From the NCBI RefSeq assembly GCF_001194135.2, contig NC_068987.1, positions 92,674,588 to 92,738,587 on the forward strand: 64,000 bases of DNA, written 5' to 3'. This document shows, in pieces, positions 49,405-62,164 of the stretch. The notes beneath the pieces are model-generated. The model searched no databases and was not told the origin of the DNA. It saw only the letters and a program-made list of their open reading frames with translations. The DNA is from Octopus bimaculoides. Its lineage: Eukaryota. How positions within the stretch are numbered: the first letter of the stretch is position 1; each line of letters starts with the position of its first letter. A program made the position numbers and the translations under genes.

Positions 49405-50300
49405 TTGTTGCGTGGATTTATCTTGATATGTCTACTGAATTGTTGTTTGAATTGTTGCCGTTGTTGATTCGTCAATTGTTGTTTTGCCTCCCATTGTGGG
49501 AGGCTGGAGGTTGTGCCGGAGGTGGACCCGAGCTGTGCGGCTGCAGCGGGTAGGGAGGGGATGGACGCGCGAGAGTTGGGGGTCCATAAGTTTGGAGTGG
49601 GGCATGGAAGGATGAAGGAGAGTGGGAGGTTGATCGCGGGGGAGGAAGCACTTTGAAGCTAGCACCGCCTGAAAAGCTATCGGCCAACGTGTAAAAAAGA
49701 ACGGTTGTATTTAAAATCATGAAGGCAGCCACAGGAAAGATAGAGATTGCACCAATAGAGGCCATACAGGAATGTGTTAAGAATATAAAAAGATTTACGC
49801 GCTTCACAACGGAGGAGGAAGCAATAAGGCACTCCACAGTGGCAATAAGGACAGTGGAATGGGTGCTCTTGCTTTCGTACTGCGGTAAACGTTTGGCCAA
49901 GGTGCGAGTAGGTAAGGTGCCACCCGAATTGAAAGAAGAATTGCTGATGACAGCCATAACATATAATATGAAAACGGGAAGATTCTGAAGGCTACGAGGA
50001 CCAACAAAATGAACTACTGGGGATATGGTATCGAATTAACAATTCAGGCAACAACGAAGGACTTGAATACTGTGGTGGATGGGATTATGCTGCCAGAAGA
50101 TGTGAGATTGAGAGTTACGGTGGAGGGTAGGCCGCAAGTGTGTTTCACATGTGGAAGAAGAGGCCACATGAAGGCATGGTGCACCCAAAGAAAGCCACAA
50201 ACGGAACAGGAGGAGAGACATGAGAGTGTGGACCAGGCAGTGTAGGACAAGGCAACAGAAAAAGAAAGAGAAAAAAGAAGCGGAGAATGGATTCACTAGT
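49405..50300 (+). mobile_element. Non-LTR retrotransposon 5' region: GC-rich leader plus frameshifted ORF1 with a CCHC zinc knuckle (L1/Tx1-like gag)
   Basis: KRTVVFKIMKAATGKIE...LAKVRVGKVPPELKEE..., then after a frameshift ...RLRVTVEGRPQVCFTCGRRGHMKAWC (knuckle at 50141-50182). No ORF2 follows. Confidence 0.8.
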
Positions 50301-50397
50301 TATCCGTTACAACGCTTACCTAGCGTACATAATCGTTTAGATTACCTATGAAAAAAAAACCCCATACTATATACATATATATACACACACATTTGTA

Positions 50398-50463
<66 letters not shown>

Positions 50464-50761
50464 ATGGCAGTAAAAGTAGCAGATAGATTAGACTGAACCG
50501 GCCAAATAAGAAAACGGGTAATTGAAGAGAAAATATAAATAAAGAGCAATATTTGTAGTGTAAAAATATACAGGATTATTTAGTGAGAGAAGAGATACAG
50601 TCTGAGAAAGAAAGCAAAGAAGCGACAGAATTTATATAAGAATTAAAACAAATACAGATGAACTGCTGTACATATAGACTGAAGAACATATNNNNNNNNN
50701 NNNNNNNNNNNNNNNNNNNNNNNNNNNNNNNNNNNNNNNNNNNNNNNNNNNNNNNNNNNNN

Positions 50762-50800
<39 letters not shown>

Positions 50801-52316
50801 ACGGAATAGTAACATACGGTGATAAAGACATACTAAGTATAAGAGTGTATGTTCTGTATTGCTGAACAGCGGAAAATGAGAGTAAATTGTAGACGAAGGA
50901 ATGAATTGGTGAGTGAAGAATGAGATAAGGAGGAGAGCAAAGAGCCCTTCACTTCGGAGTCAGACTATTCATTCACTGATGAAACTGTCAAAAACAGCAG
51001 CAACTGCATCAACAGTTTCACCAATAATCTTAATGCGGACTGCCAGATTCAGAATCTTGAGTTTAGTATTAATGAATCCTGTAAATGGTTTCGTAATAAA
51101 TAGCAAATAGCACCGGCGGTTGATGCTGATCATGATTTCCTGCTTATGGTGGTGATGGGAGCGCTGGTGTAGAAGGGAAATATTTGGAAACAGGCGTGTT
51201 TGTCGTAGGATGACGGGAGATGAGTGGGGAAACAGAAGTTAAGAATAAGAAAAATAAGTGGGAAGGATAAGGAGCAGAATTGAAGTTTAAGGGATCTCTG
51301 AATCTTGCCGTAAGATACACTAATACGCATGCACATCCGTATATGGGAAACTATGCAGAAACAAACACAATCCTCACCCACAGGCATAAGTTTCTAATGA
51401 GTAACCTTAGATGTGTCTGATAGAGTTTGAATTTTCCATAATCTGTGTCTCCCGACAATATTTTAAATATCATAATCAAAGAAATTTTAGGAAATTCGAA
51501 GTTTATCTTTCATTTCACCATCGCACAATCGTTACTGCCATTCAAATTTCTGACATTTTCAGTTCCCTCGAAGACAATTCGTTGGAAAGATTTATTTGAA
51601 TTGGTGTGAGGGATATAGTTGATGTGTAAACATACATCTTAATATATTTCAAGGAGGTTTGCTGACAATAGGATCGTTAAGATTTCTAAAATGATGAATA
51701 TAATCAAAAGATAATGTGAAACCTGAAAGGTAATAATACGAATGACGTCACAGATTTTATATCTAGGCATACAAAGTGTAGATATTCTTACTTCTGGCAA
51801 TTATGACAAGTGATGGTTGCAACGTAGATATATTTGAATAATATCAGACACTATTGTTTTCTTTATTATGTAGGAGAAGACTTGTGTCAGGTGCACATGA
51901 GGTTACTTAGTGTATTTACCCATTCATAATTGTGCCAATAGCTGTGATATGTGAACATATATACACACATACGTATATGTATGAGTGCGTCTGTCCTCAC
52001 CACACGTGCACACGTATGCGTGTGTATGGGCGTGCCTGAAAACTTAAGAAGCACAATTATCATTCCTCGGCTTTGTGGTTCAGCTCCTCTGCTTAGTCAA
52101 TGGTGAAGTGCCTCCTACTTCCAATCAATCCCTTCTGAGAGTAAATAATTATTCAGGAACTGTGTGAAACCCTGCTGTAAGCGCTTTACTGTGTGTGTTT
52201 ACGTGTAGGATCGTTTTAAAGACGGAGGATATTTTTATGGTGTAATGTGACGGAGCAATATATACAAATCGCAAAAAAATTAGTTACAGTTCAACACAGA
52301 TATATGTACGTTTGGA

Positions 52317-52383
<67 letters not shown>

Positions 52384-52896
52384 NNNNNNNNNNNNNNNNN
52401 NNNNNNNNNNNNNNNNNNNNNNNNNNNNNNNNNNNNNNNNNNNNNNNNNNNNNNNNNNNNNNNNNNNNNNNNNNNNNNNNNNNNNNNNNNNNNNNNNNNN
52501 NNNNNNNNNNNNNNNNNNNNNNNNNNNNNNNNNNNNNNNNNNNNNNNNNNNNNNNNNNNNNNNNNNNNNNNNNNNNNNNNNNNNNNNNNNNNNNNNNNNN
52601 NNNNNNNNNNNNNNNNNNNNNNNNNNNNNNNNNNNNNNNNNNNNNNNNNNNNNNNNNNNNNNNNNNNNNNNNNNNNNNNNNNNNNNNNNNNNNNNNNNNN
52701 NNNNNNNNNNNNNNNNNNNNNNNNNNNNNNNNNNNNNNNNNNNNNNNNNNNNNNNNNNNNNNNNNNNNNNNNNNNNNNNNNNNNNNNNNNNNNNNNNNNN
52801 NNNNNNNNNNNNNNNNNNNNNNNNNNNNNNNNNNNNNNNNNNNNNNNNNNNNNNNNNNNNNNNNNNNNNNNNNNNNNNNNNNNNNNNNNNNNNNNG

Positions 52897-52982
52897 TGTT
52901 GATAAGCCAGCTGGAGGAGATGTCCTCCTGGGGCTAAAAGCAACAGTAACATCCACCCCTAGGGGTCAGCCACACTTAAGTG
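52897..52982 (-). repeat. Short dispersed repeat, related to 12465-12532 (+)
   Basis: Both carry tttagccccaggag-acatc-tc-tcca-ctggct. Confidence 0.65.
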
Positions 52983-53405
52983 GCAATATACTACACTTTA
53001 TCGTGCAGTTACTGTTAATACTTCATTTAGAGAATTAACATTGCTTATATATATATATATATATATATACATATCATTGTATGTATGTATGGATGGATGG
53101 ATGGAAGTATGATTTTTCTTTGAGTGTAACTAAAGTTCTTATTGAGAGAGTTCAAGTTGATCGCTTGCTTGAACTGTCGATGCGTACGCCCATGTGTGTG
53201 TATCTATTCACATTAGAATCTCACATGGAGAATTTTTGGAATGTCTTACAAATCCTCACCTTGCCACTAATAGATTGGATTTTGACAATCCACGGCAGTT
53301 TCTTTTGCTCTTTTTTTCCGTGAAAGCAAGTATTTCTCGATTTATGTGCAAACGTCTTTGTACATAACCTAATGCACCTATGATGATAGGTACAGATTAG
53401 AACTC

Positions 53406-53750
53406 CTAGTCAGGGCAGGAGTGCTGTACGTTCCGCATAAATTCGTTATATACAAATGTTCTCATTTTTTTGGACCTCTGCGACTGTGCGTGGTTTTTGT
53501 TCCTTGTCCCATAAAACAATATTAAGTCTGTTGTTATATTTGTCCCGAGTTGATTTTGTATTGACATTTTCCACCAGTATTCCTTCTTTTTAAAGGTGTG
53601 AATACCTGCTGGTTCTGACATGCCTTTGACGCATTCGTCACGGTAGTCCTTCCTGTGGAGAGCAATATAAATAGTATCTGCAACTATCATGCTTCAGACG
53701 TAGTTAGTATCTCGTAGACTGTTTGGGGGCAGCTGCTACTGATGTGGGTT
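53406..53750 (-). mobile_element. Relic of the CCHC plus restriction-like endonuclease region of an R4/Dong-type non-LTR retrotransposon
   Basis: EDTTHISSSCP...KHD/IVADTIYIALHRKD...EP...KEYWW...TDLILF...YNEFMRNVQ matches the ETxxHxxxxC...RHDxVAxxIY...EYWW...PD RLE architecture. Confidence 0.7.
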
Positions 53751-53939
53751 GTATCTTCCATACTGGTATAGGATATCCGATATGTATGTATGTACGTATA
53801 TATGTATGTATGTTATCAATCAGTTTCATTTCTGTATTTCTTGTCCATAGAGAAAGAGCCGGATTCTAACATAGATTCAAGGCTCCTTCATTGGAACTTT
53901 TATCAACATCATCTAGGTATTTGTGCATGTGTGTGTGTA

Positions 53940-54092
53940 ATGTATGTATGTATGTATGTATGTATGTATGTATCTATGTATGTATGTAGGTACGTACGTA
54001 AGTACGTAGATAGGTATGTATGTATGTATGTATGTATGTATGTAGGTAGGTACGTAGATAGGTAGGTAGGTAGGTAGGTAGGTAGGTAGGTA
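53940..54092. repeat. Compound (ATGT)n/(GTAG)n tetranucleotide tract
   Basis: Direct reading. Confidence 0.93.
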
Positions 54093-55384
54093 TGTGTGTG
54101 TGAGTATCTGTGTGTCGGTGTGTGTGTGTGTGTTGAAAGGAATTTGTAATAGTTTTTTTTTCACCCATGTATTATTTTAACGAATGTGATTTAAATAAAT
54201 ATATTTCTTGCAATTTCTGATATCAAGTTCTAATTCAGCTTTTATCCATGCAGCCACTGATGAAAATGTTGAAATCACTGCAATGCCATATTCCTTCCAG
54301 CTACATAACGTTAAGAACGTTGGATGCGAACATTGTATCAGATATATCTTATCTGACAAGCCACAACGATTTCGAATGACTGGCTATCTCATAGAAAATC
54401 ATCTCGGGCTAATAAATGAAGGTGGATTATGGCCAGACATTATTTGAAAGGAGAAGCCGTTCTCTGATGCCAACCAACGACAGTGCTTAGCACATTTACC
54501 TTTCAATGTGACTGGAACGTCTCATAAATTCATATAATCGTTTGTGTTTTCGCTGATTATTATGTTTATGTCCGTTTAGTATTAATATTTCATTTACAGA
54601 TTCTGTTTTGACTTGAATCATCATTATGCGAATATTTTTTTAATAATTCAATAGTCATATATGCCAATTTTTTCACTTCATACTTTCCAGTCGAAGGAGC
54701 AATGGTTGATAATTGGGAAATATCCAACCATTGTGGATAGAGAGATGCATACAAACAGAAAATATGAAATTACTGAGGGAATACGATCTCCTCGAAAAGA
54801 CATTGGCATATTTTTTCGCAGGACAGTAGTGAGGAAAATGTCAAGTGGGACGATGTGTTAAAGCTGACCGTTCTCTGCTGTTCAAATCTGATTAGAATCT
54901 TATTATCGTGCAATTGTAGAGCGAAATTTATTGTCTTTTTGTGCTGATTAACGAGTAGGAAAGCGTTTTAGGAGTAGCGTAATGGGAAACAATAGAATGT
55001 GACCCGAGGTCAGAAGACCGTTTCAAATCTATTACATTATACGAAGCAGACATATAATGTGGGTGTCTTTTTTGTCTTAGAACTCTCAAAATTAGTATGG
55101 CGCAAGGTTGGAAGACTGAGGCAGAGTTACAGATTGGTATAGTGCTGCACACTAACTTAGTCAGAGTATTTGATCTGCGAATGAGAGTGTAACATTTTGC
55201 GTGTGTTATTATGCTTCTATTACGAATTCATGGAATCAGTGAATGGTTTATAGCACATTTTTTTCTTTGTTCCCAGAACATTTGTTTGAATAAATGCTTA
55301 ACTTGTGTTCACTTATCGCTAAATATCATGTCTTTTACATTCCACATGGCATCACTCCTGGCGATTGTAACTATTCAATATCGT

Positions 55385-55483
55385 TTTCTTCTTCTTCTTC
55401 TTCTTCTTCTTCTTCTTCTTCTTCTTCTTCTTCTTCTTCTTCTTCTTGTAATTATCCCCTCTCCTCCTCCCCCTCTTCCTCCT

Positions 55484-55514
<31 letters not shown>

Positions 55515-55520
55515 ATCATC
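55385..55520. repeat. (CTT)n followed by (CCT)n homopyrimidine tract
   Basis: Direct reading. Confidence 0.95.
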
Positions 55521-56363
55521 TTTGTTTTCGTTACTGTTGGTGTGATAATGGTTGTTTGAGTTGTTGTCATTGTTGTTGATTTTAAGTCAACTAGTACTGT
55601 CAAGGAGTCATTGTTTTCCATTTGTTAATTAGCCATAGGGCGAAATTAATTAATTTTTTCAATTATAACAAAATTTTAAAAGTTGTTTTCCGAATGTTCG
55701 TGTTCCCCGACCGGAATGAATGACAGTAAATATGAATAGGATTTTGAAGGGGAAACTCTTGTTTGCAAACAAAATCTTCAGCACGATAGCTATTACCATC
55801 AACAGTAACAGCAGCAAAAAGACATTAAAAAATAACTACAACAAACGCTTTTACAAGCACTGCGATCGCAGGAGTTATACTGTATATCAAGAGAAATATT
55901 CATCTTGGGGGAAATTAGATTGCTAATATAAAAGGAGAACGAAAGTTGGAAGAGGACATATCGGTGTAGAGAAATGTGTTGATATTGACACGAAGAGTTT
56001 TCAGAGGTATTTAGAATGAGGTGTAGAAATGGAGTAGGAATAAAAAATTATAACGGATACAAATACAATATATGGTGAGCATCAAGAAGAAAATCACAAG
56101 ACCTTAGATGGCCTATTTTGGCAGGCAACGGATACACTAGGAAGAAAGTATTTGGGGGATTGAATTGTCAAAGGAAATTTCAGAAAATAATCCGAAAATG
56201 CCATAGTAGCTGCACAGGACTAATCTATTACAATAAATACCAAGAGTTGGCTTGTGGACATGGAGGATTGAGGTTAGTTCTGAATGGTCGATGAGATATG
56301 TATAATGAAATTGCAGGTCATTTGGTGTTTAAATGTTTGAGGACTACAGAAAGAGATACAGAT

Positions 56364-56377
<14 letters not shown>

Positions 56378-56434
<57 letters not shown>

Positions 56435-56436
56435 CA
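56378..56436. repeat. (GATA)n microsatellite
   Basis: Direct reading. Confidence 0.95.
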
Positions 56437-56758
56437 GAAAGAAAAAAATAAAACAAACGGTGACATGATCAGGTTACTAAAGACAAAAACTAGAAATTTG
56501 ACACAATTGGAGATTTGAGAATAGGAAGTTATGTTAGGAGCGTCAGCCTCAGTGAATATTAAAACCAGACAGTTTTAGAATCGTACAGGATCTCCCTTAC
56601 AAACGGATAAAAACTCCGAGAGCAGCTAACCTAACACCACGGTGGTTGGTATAATTCTTTAGTCAGCAGGCATTTAATTCTGCCTCTGTCTAAATTAATT
56701 ATCCGTGACATCAGCTCTGTATATATATCATTGACAGGGAAAATCGTGTGTTTTGCAG

Positions 56759-56860
56759 TTACCGGACCTTTGTTACTAACGAGACTGGGAGGGAGAAATC
56801 ACGTCATCTGACAGTTCCGGCGAGAGGAGCAGTCGATTTCCGTCTGTCAACGTTATACAT
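56759..56860 (+). CDS. Candidate symmetric exon, phase 2/2, 102 nt (YRTFVTNETGREKSRHLTVPARGAVDFRLSTLY)
   Basis: Acceptor gtgtgttttgcag| and donor |gtgagt. Only one of three frames is open, the length is divisible by 3, and GC is locally raised. Confidence 0.45.
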
Positions 56861-57832
56861 GTGAGTGCTTTTAGGGACCATATGTGTATATGAGAGGCAA
56901 TATTAAACGCAATATACAGAAGGAAAAATTCAATTGTCACTAATTGTGACTGAAGGAACCGGATGGCAAATATATTGGTAGAAATATTAGTTAAGAAAGT
57001 CAAGAGACGCAAAAAAGCATATTTTCATATACGAACAACAGAAAATGTGCTTTCTTGCGGTTCTAAGGGATTTTTAACTCTCATTTCTAGCAATATAGGT
57101 GCTAACATTTATATGTACACACACATGTACGCACGCACAAACACACGCTCACACACAAACACGCACATACATATTTATAGATGTATGTATATTGATTAAT
57201 ATTTCAATGTGAGTATATATACGTGCATGTACGTTTGAATGTATGTATATATGCAAACATATATCGAGAGAAAGTGTGATAAATATAATAAAAATAATAA
57301 AACACACGATTGCGCCATTTTATGCCCAATCACCTATGTCTCTTCTGTATTGGTGTAAGCCCGCATGTATTCAACGGAAAATACTTCTCTAACTAAAATA
57401 CACACTATACATAATGCATAGAGCAAAGCGAAAAACCAGATGTTTTTGAAGTGTTCATGCTAGCATATAAGAGGGTTTTGCTTCTGATCTGAGCATTTTA
57501 CGTATGCACGTTGATATTTTGCTATAACACAGCAGGTAAACATTTGACCAGCTTCTTACTTTAGTACTATGTTCTTGAAATGCATGATTGGTTCAATTCT
57601 AAATGTTCTTTTTACATGAAAGCCTATGAATTAAAGATGTCCATTTGATGGATAACGTGAATGCTATTAACTGTAGCAAGTAAAATTACATTTCAAAAAA
57701 AGAAAAAAAAAGGAAAGCAGTGATCTCAGATGGATGAGATCTTAAGAAGTCTAATTTACAATTTCTTGATCCCAGGTTCGATAACGTTTCGTAGAAATTT
57801 GAGCAATTCTTCTCTCTTCATCTCGCTCGTTG

Positions 57833-57868
<36 letters not shown>

Positions 57869-58206
57869 NNNNNNNNNNNNNNNNNNNNNNNNNNNNNNNN
57901 NNNNNNNNNNNNNNNNNNNNNNNNNNNNNNNNNNNNNNNNNNNNNNNNNNNNNNNNNNNNNNNNNNNNNNNNNNNNNNNNNNNNNNNNNNNNNNNNNNNN
58001 NNNNNNNNNNNNNNNNNNNNNNNNNNNNNNNNNNNNNNNNNNNNNNNNNNNNNNNNNNNNNNNNNNNNNNNNNNNNNNNNNNNNNNNNNNNNNNNNNNNN
58101 NNNNNNNNNNNNNNNNNNNNNNNNNNNNNNNNNNNNNNNNNNNNNNNNNNNNNNNNNNNNNNNNNNNNNNNNNNNNNNTGTGTGTGTGTGTGTGTGTGTG
58201 TATAAG

Positions 58207-58331
58207 AACGAGCTGATAACATCTTTAGCAGAATGCTTTGCGGTATTTTGTTCGTATCCAAGTGATAATTTCAAATTCCACCGAGGTTGAATTTACATTC
58301 TATCCTTTCGGGGTCGATAAAATAAGTACTA
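58207..58331 (+). mobile_element. SINE family A, old copy
   Basis: aatgctttgcggtattt...ttcaaattccaccgaggttgaattt...atcctttcggggtcgataaaataagtactag. Confidence 0.75.
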
Positions 58332-58402
58332 GGCGTGCCCTGGTTTCCCTGTAATACACTTGCATCCCACTCCTTATTTTCAGGCCTTCTCCCTATATTA
58401 CA

Positions 58403-58690
58403 GATGGTAGCGTGGGTGTGTGGTAAGAAGCTTCCTTCCCAACCACATGGTTCCGGCTGAAGCCCAACTGCGAGGCACCTTGGGCGAGTGTCTCCTATGA
58501 TAGCCTCGAGCCGACCAAAGCCTTGTGAGTGGATTTAGTATAGTAGAGGGAAACCGAAAAGAAGCCCGTCATAAATATATATGTGTGTGTGTGTATGCGC
58601 ATGTGCGTGTCTGTTTGTGTATATATTTATATACAATCTCTGTCTGTGTTTGTCCTCTCCACTATCGCTTGACAACCGATGTTCCAAGTG
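58403..58690 (+). mobile_element. SINE family B
   Basis: gtgtgtggtaagaagcttccttcccaaccacatggttccgg...gcaccttgggcgagtgtct...gccgaccaaagccttgtgagtggatt...(TG/TA)...gcttgacaaccgatgtt. Confidence 0.88.
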
Positions 58691-59964
58691 AGTTAGACGT
58701 TGTGAATCCAACCAACTAAGGGATAATATCCATCCAATATACTGCTGGTAGAATACCCAATTATTAATACACAAGTGCTTTTTCATTGCATGGTAATTAC
58801 CCTACTGAATGTAATAAATGGATAAGGGTATAAAGTTGTTTTACNNNNNNNNNNNNNNNNNNNNNNNNNNNNNNNNNNNNNNNNNNNNNNNNNNNNNNNN
58901 NNNNNNNNNNNNNNNNNNNNNNNNNNNNNNNNNNNNNNNNNNNNNNNNNNNNNNNNNNNNNNNNNNNNNNNNNNNNNNNNNNNNNNNNNNNNNNNNNNNN
59001 NNNNNNNNNNNNNNNNNNNNNNNNNNNNNNNNNNNNNNNNNNNNNNNNNNNNNNNNNNNNNNNNNNNNNNNNNNNNNNNNNNNNNNNNNNNNNNNNNNNN
59101 NNNNNNNNNNNNNNNNNNNNNNNNNNNNNNNNNNNNNNNNNNNNNNNNNNNNNNNNNNNNNNNNNNNNNNNNNNNNNNNNNNNNNNNNNNNNNNNNNNNN
59201 NNNNNNNNNNNNNNNNNNNNNNNNNNNNNNNNNNNNNNNNNNNNNNNNNNNNNNNNNNNNNNNNNNNNNNNNNNNNNNNNNNNNNNNNNNNNNNNNNNNN
59301 NNNNNNNNNNNNNNNNNNNNNNNNNNGCATATATGGTTTTTTTATGCTTTTTAACATAAGATTAAAAATAACATTATCAAAACGTAAAGGTAAACAAAAC
59401 AAATAGCGGCTTATACACAGGCAAGTACGGGTAATTGTAGTGGCAGTGACAAGCTCGCTCGCTGGTTGCAAGTTGATAGTGTAGAAGTCTTCAAGAAAAA
59501 ATAAAATATTCCAGTAAAATAACCACCTTTTCAATGTTCTCGTGCTGTTAACGGCTAAGCGTTCAGGCAAGTATACTGGCATTGATGTAGCAACATTTGA
59601 AATATTGTCCAGGCAAATCCGGCTGATTAAGACTAATCAATTTTACGTTGACAAACGTATTTGAAGAGGCCGAGACCTAGGTACCGGATAATCTGTTTCT
59701 GGGTTGTCCATTTATGTAATGTTCTTCCTAGTGGAAAGAAAAAGAATTTCATTTATGTTGCACACGCACACGTCTTTGCCAGTATATACGCAGTGGCGCT
59801 TTATTATAGCGTCATAAATGTATCGACTGCTATTTTCATTGAATATTGGCACCTTGTGTCACTACTCTATATTCATATTTATTACTTCTACCTTTAAAGT
59901 AATCTATTTTATTAGACAGTAATATATTTGTATTGCAATAGTTTATTTCTCATTGAATATATAT

Positions 59965-60185
59965 GTGTGTGTCTTCGTGTGTGTTTGTCCCCTCGACACT
60001 GCTTGACAGCGGGTGCTGTTCTGTTTACGTCCCCATAATAGCGGTTTGGCAAAATAGAATGATAGAATAAGTAGTAGGATCCAGAAAAAATAAGGCGTGG
60101 GGTCGATATGTACGACTAAAACCATTGGAGATGGTGCCCCAGCATGGCCGTAGTCAAATGACTAAAACAAGTAAAATGCGAACGG
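59965..60185 (+). mobile_element. SINE family B, 3' half
   Basis: gcttgacagcgggtg...tttacgtcccc...gatagaataagtagtagg...ggggtcgat...ggtgccccagcatggccgtagtcaaatgactaaaacaagtaaaa. Confidence 0.85.
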
Positions 60186-60359
60186 TAAAATGTATGTTTA
60201 TATGCATATATATATATATATATATATAAACACATACATACACGTATAAATATAAATTTATAAATGTATGTGTAGTGGAGTATATATGTGACTATATTTA
60301 GATGCATATATAGATACATTGACATATATATTTACACAACTTCAGTTAGAATTACTTAC

Positions 60360-60474
60360 ATAGACGGACTTGATCTGTGATTGCACGAATGTGAACAGGG
60401 TTATCTGGTACAGCAAATGATTTACAAGCATCAACATGTGGTCTTACAACGCACCGTCTGAACCTTGTTAGACA
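60360..60474 (-). CDS. Candidate exon (CLTRFRRCVVRPHVDACKSFAVPDNPVHIRAITDQVRL)
   Basis: Strong donor |gtaagt, acceptor ttggttttag| and a 115-nt open frame. A stronger upstream acceptor (ttatttctgttgtag) gives stops in all frames. Confidence 0.3.
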
Positions 60475-60570
60475 CTAAAACCAACAATCTCATTTTCACA
60501 CCAATGTAGATGACTCTTCGACTACAACAGAAATAACAGCAACTACGACTGTCACGGCAGTTACTACTAC

Positions 60571-60606
<36 letters not shown>

Positions 60607-61170
60607 TCCTACTACTACTACTACTACTACTATACATCAATGGAATATCACATCTAATTATATCAACCTCATCCAAAATATCAATCGATATGCTACTTAC
60701 GAATCACTCAGTCTTTCTCCCTCTCTGTTCCTCTCTTTTATAATCTTAACTAACAATTAAGATTTTATGTCCCCCGCAATGACCTCGCACTTTGAAATGT
60801 ATCTTAATCCTTCATGAAAGGCCGTAGTAGAAAGAGAACACTTAAAAGCGCACAAGAAGGATGAAATAAAATAAACAACCTCATCGTCTTATCAATTACA
60901 ACCGTTCATTAATGGTTGTACTTAAATGTGTCATGGTGTTTCTTGTTTTCTTTTTTTTTTCTTTCTTTTAATCGCCATGCAAACACCGGTAACAAGTACC
61001 GATGTTGACTGCCACTGAGTCGCGAAAATGTAGCGGACACATTCACACATCTACATGCACAAGCACGTCCGTATCTACATATACACTTGACTGTCTATTA
61101 TGGTTCGTATCTCTGCGGATCAGTTTTATTACAACTACAGTAGGTGTATAAATGTGAATATATCTATATG

Positions 61171-62014
61171 TACGTGATCTGATCAATAACTATCCGGACT
61201 GTTGCCATAATTATGAAGCCAAAGGAAGCAGAGTAAAGCTGCGTGGCACAGATTGTCCTTGATCTGCGTTGTGCATGCGCACTACGTTTCAACGTGCTGG
61301 CTCACTTCCGTTCTTTACAGCAGTGCTTGGAAGGAACGTGTGTTGTGTGTGATCGCCGCACTAACCATGACAGAGAAAGCTGAGCAGAGAATCTGCATCA
61401 TATTTTGCCCAAAGCTTGCCGATAACTGCTCAGAGGCGAACACAAAGTTTTCAAACATTTTCGTCGTCCTCGACATAATCAATGACATCTTGCGCAACTG
61501 AAGCACATGCGTTTTGGCAGAACTTCTCAGATACGCGTCTCATTCCCAAATTTTCGATGATAATGGACTGAACCGAACCGTAACTAATCTGCACATCCTC
61601 TGAAAACTCATGGATGGTGATTCGACGATTTCCCCACACAGCTGCATGCATATCTGCGATGTTTTTCTCAGTTCTGCTGGCTGCCGGTCTGCCAGAACGT
61701 CCGTCAATATCGACAATTTTCGGCCATCTTGGAAACATCTGAACCATTCGTACACTTGTTTGCAGCTCATACACTCCTCTGCATACACTTTATGCAACTA
61801 TGCACAGGCCTCTGAGCAGGTATCGCTCTGACAATCCTGTCTGTCATGGTCAAGGACGACTGTAAACAGAAGTGAGCTAGAACGTCAAAATTTAGAGAGT
61901 ATGCACAGCAGAACAGCAGAGTTCAGTGCCCATTTTTGCCAAGCAGTTTCACTCAGGATGCTTTAGCCTCGTTACTATGGTGATAGTCCTGATACTTATT
62001 GATCAGACTTCATA
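61171..62014. mobile_element. Fold-back mariner derivative: both ends are the element's 5' end (imperfect inverted arms of about 270 and 210 bp) around a truncated minus-strand transposase
   Basis: Left TA-cgtgatctgatcaataactatccggact versus the reverse complement of the right TA-tgaagtctgatcaataagtatcaggact. Similarity continues to the accatgacaga start on both arms. Plus arm: MTEKAEQRICIIFCPKLADNCSEA. Minus arm: ...YAEECMSCKQVYEWFRCFQDGR / GRSGRPAASRTEKNIADMHAAVWGNRRITIHEFSEDVQISYGSVQSIIIENLGMRRVSEKF. Confidence 0.88.
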
Positions 62015-62164
62015 TGTGTTTGTTTGCGTGTTTTCTATACTGAATACACTTAGCTATCACCTGTTCTTCTCTCTATCACTTTTTTCTATCGCTATGTCTC
62101 TCTGTCCATCTCTCTCTTTCTCTCTGTATCTCTGTATATATAGAAACAAATAAACAACAGGTTC

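Noticed and set aside
50913-51110. S/N-rich open frames on both strands
   Set aside because: No start codon or consistent splice boundaries; identity unsupported.
54208-54447. 79-aa plus ORF with a possible acceptor
   Set aside because: The donor is weak and the 3' end runs into an RTE-tail remnant (ctgatgccaacc).
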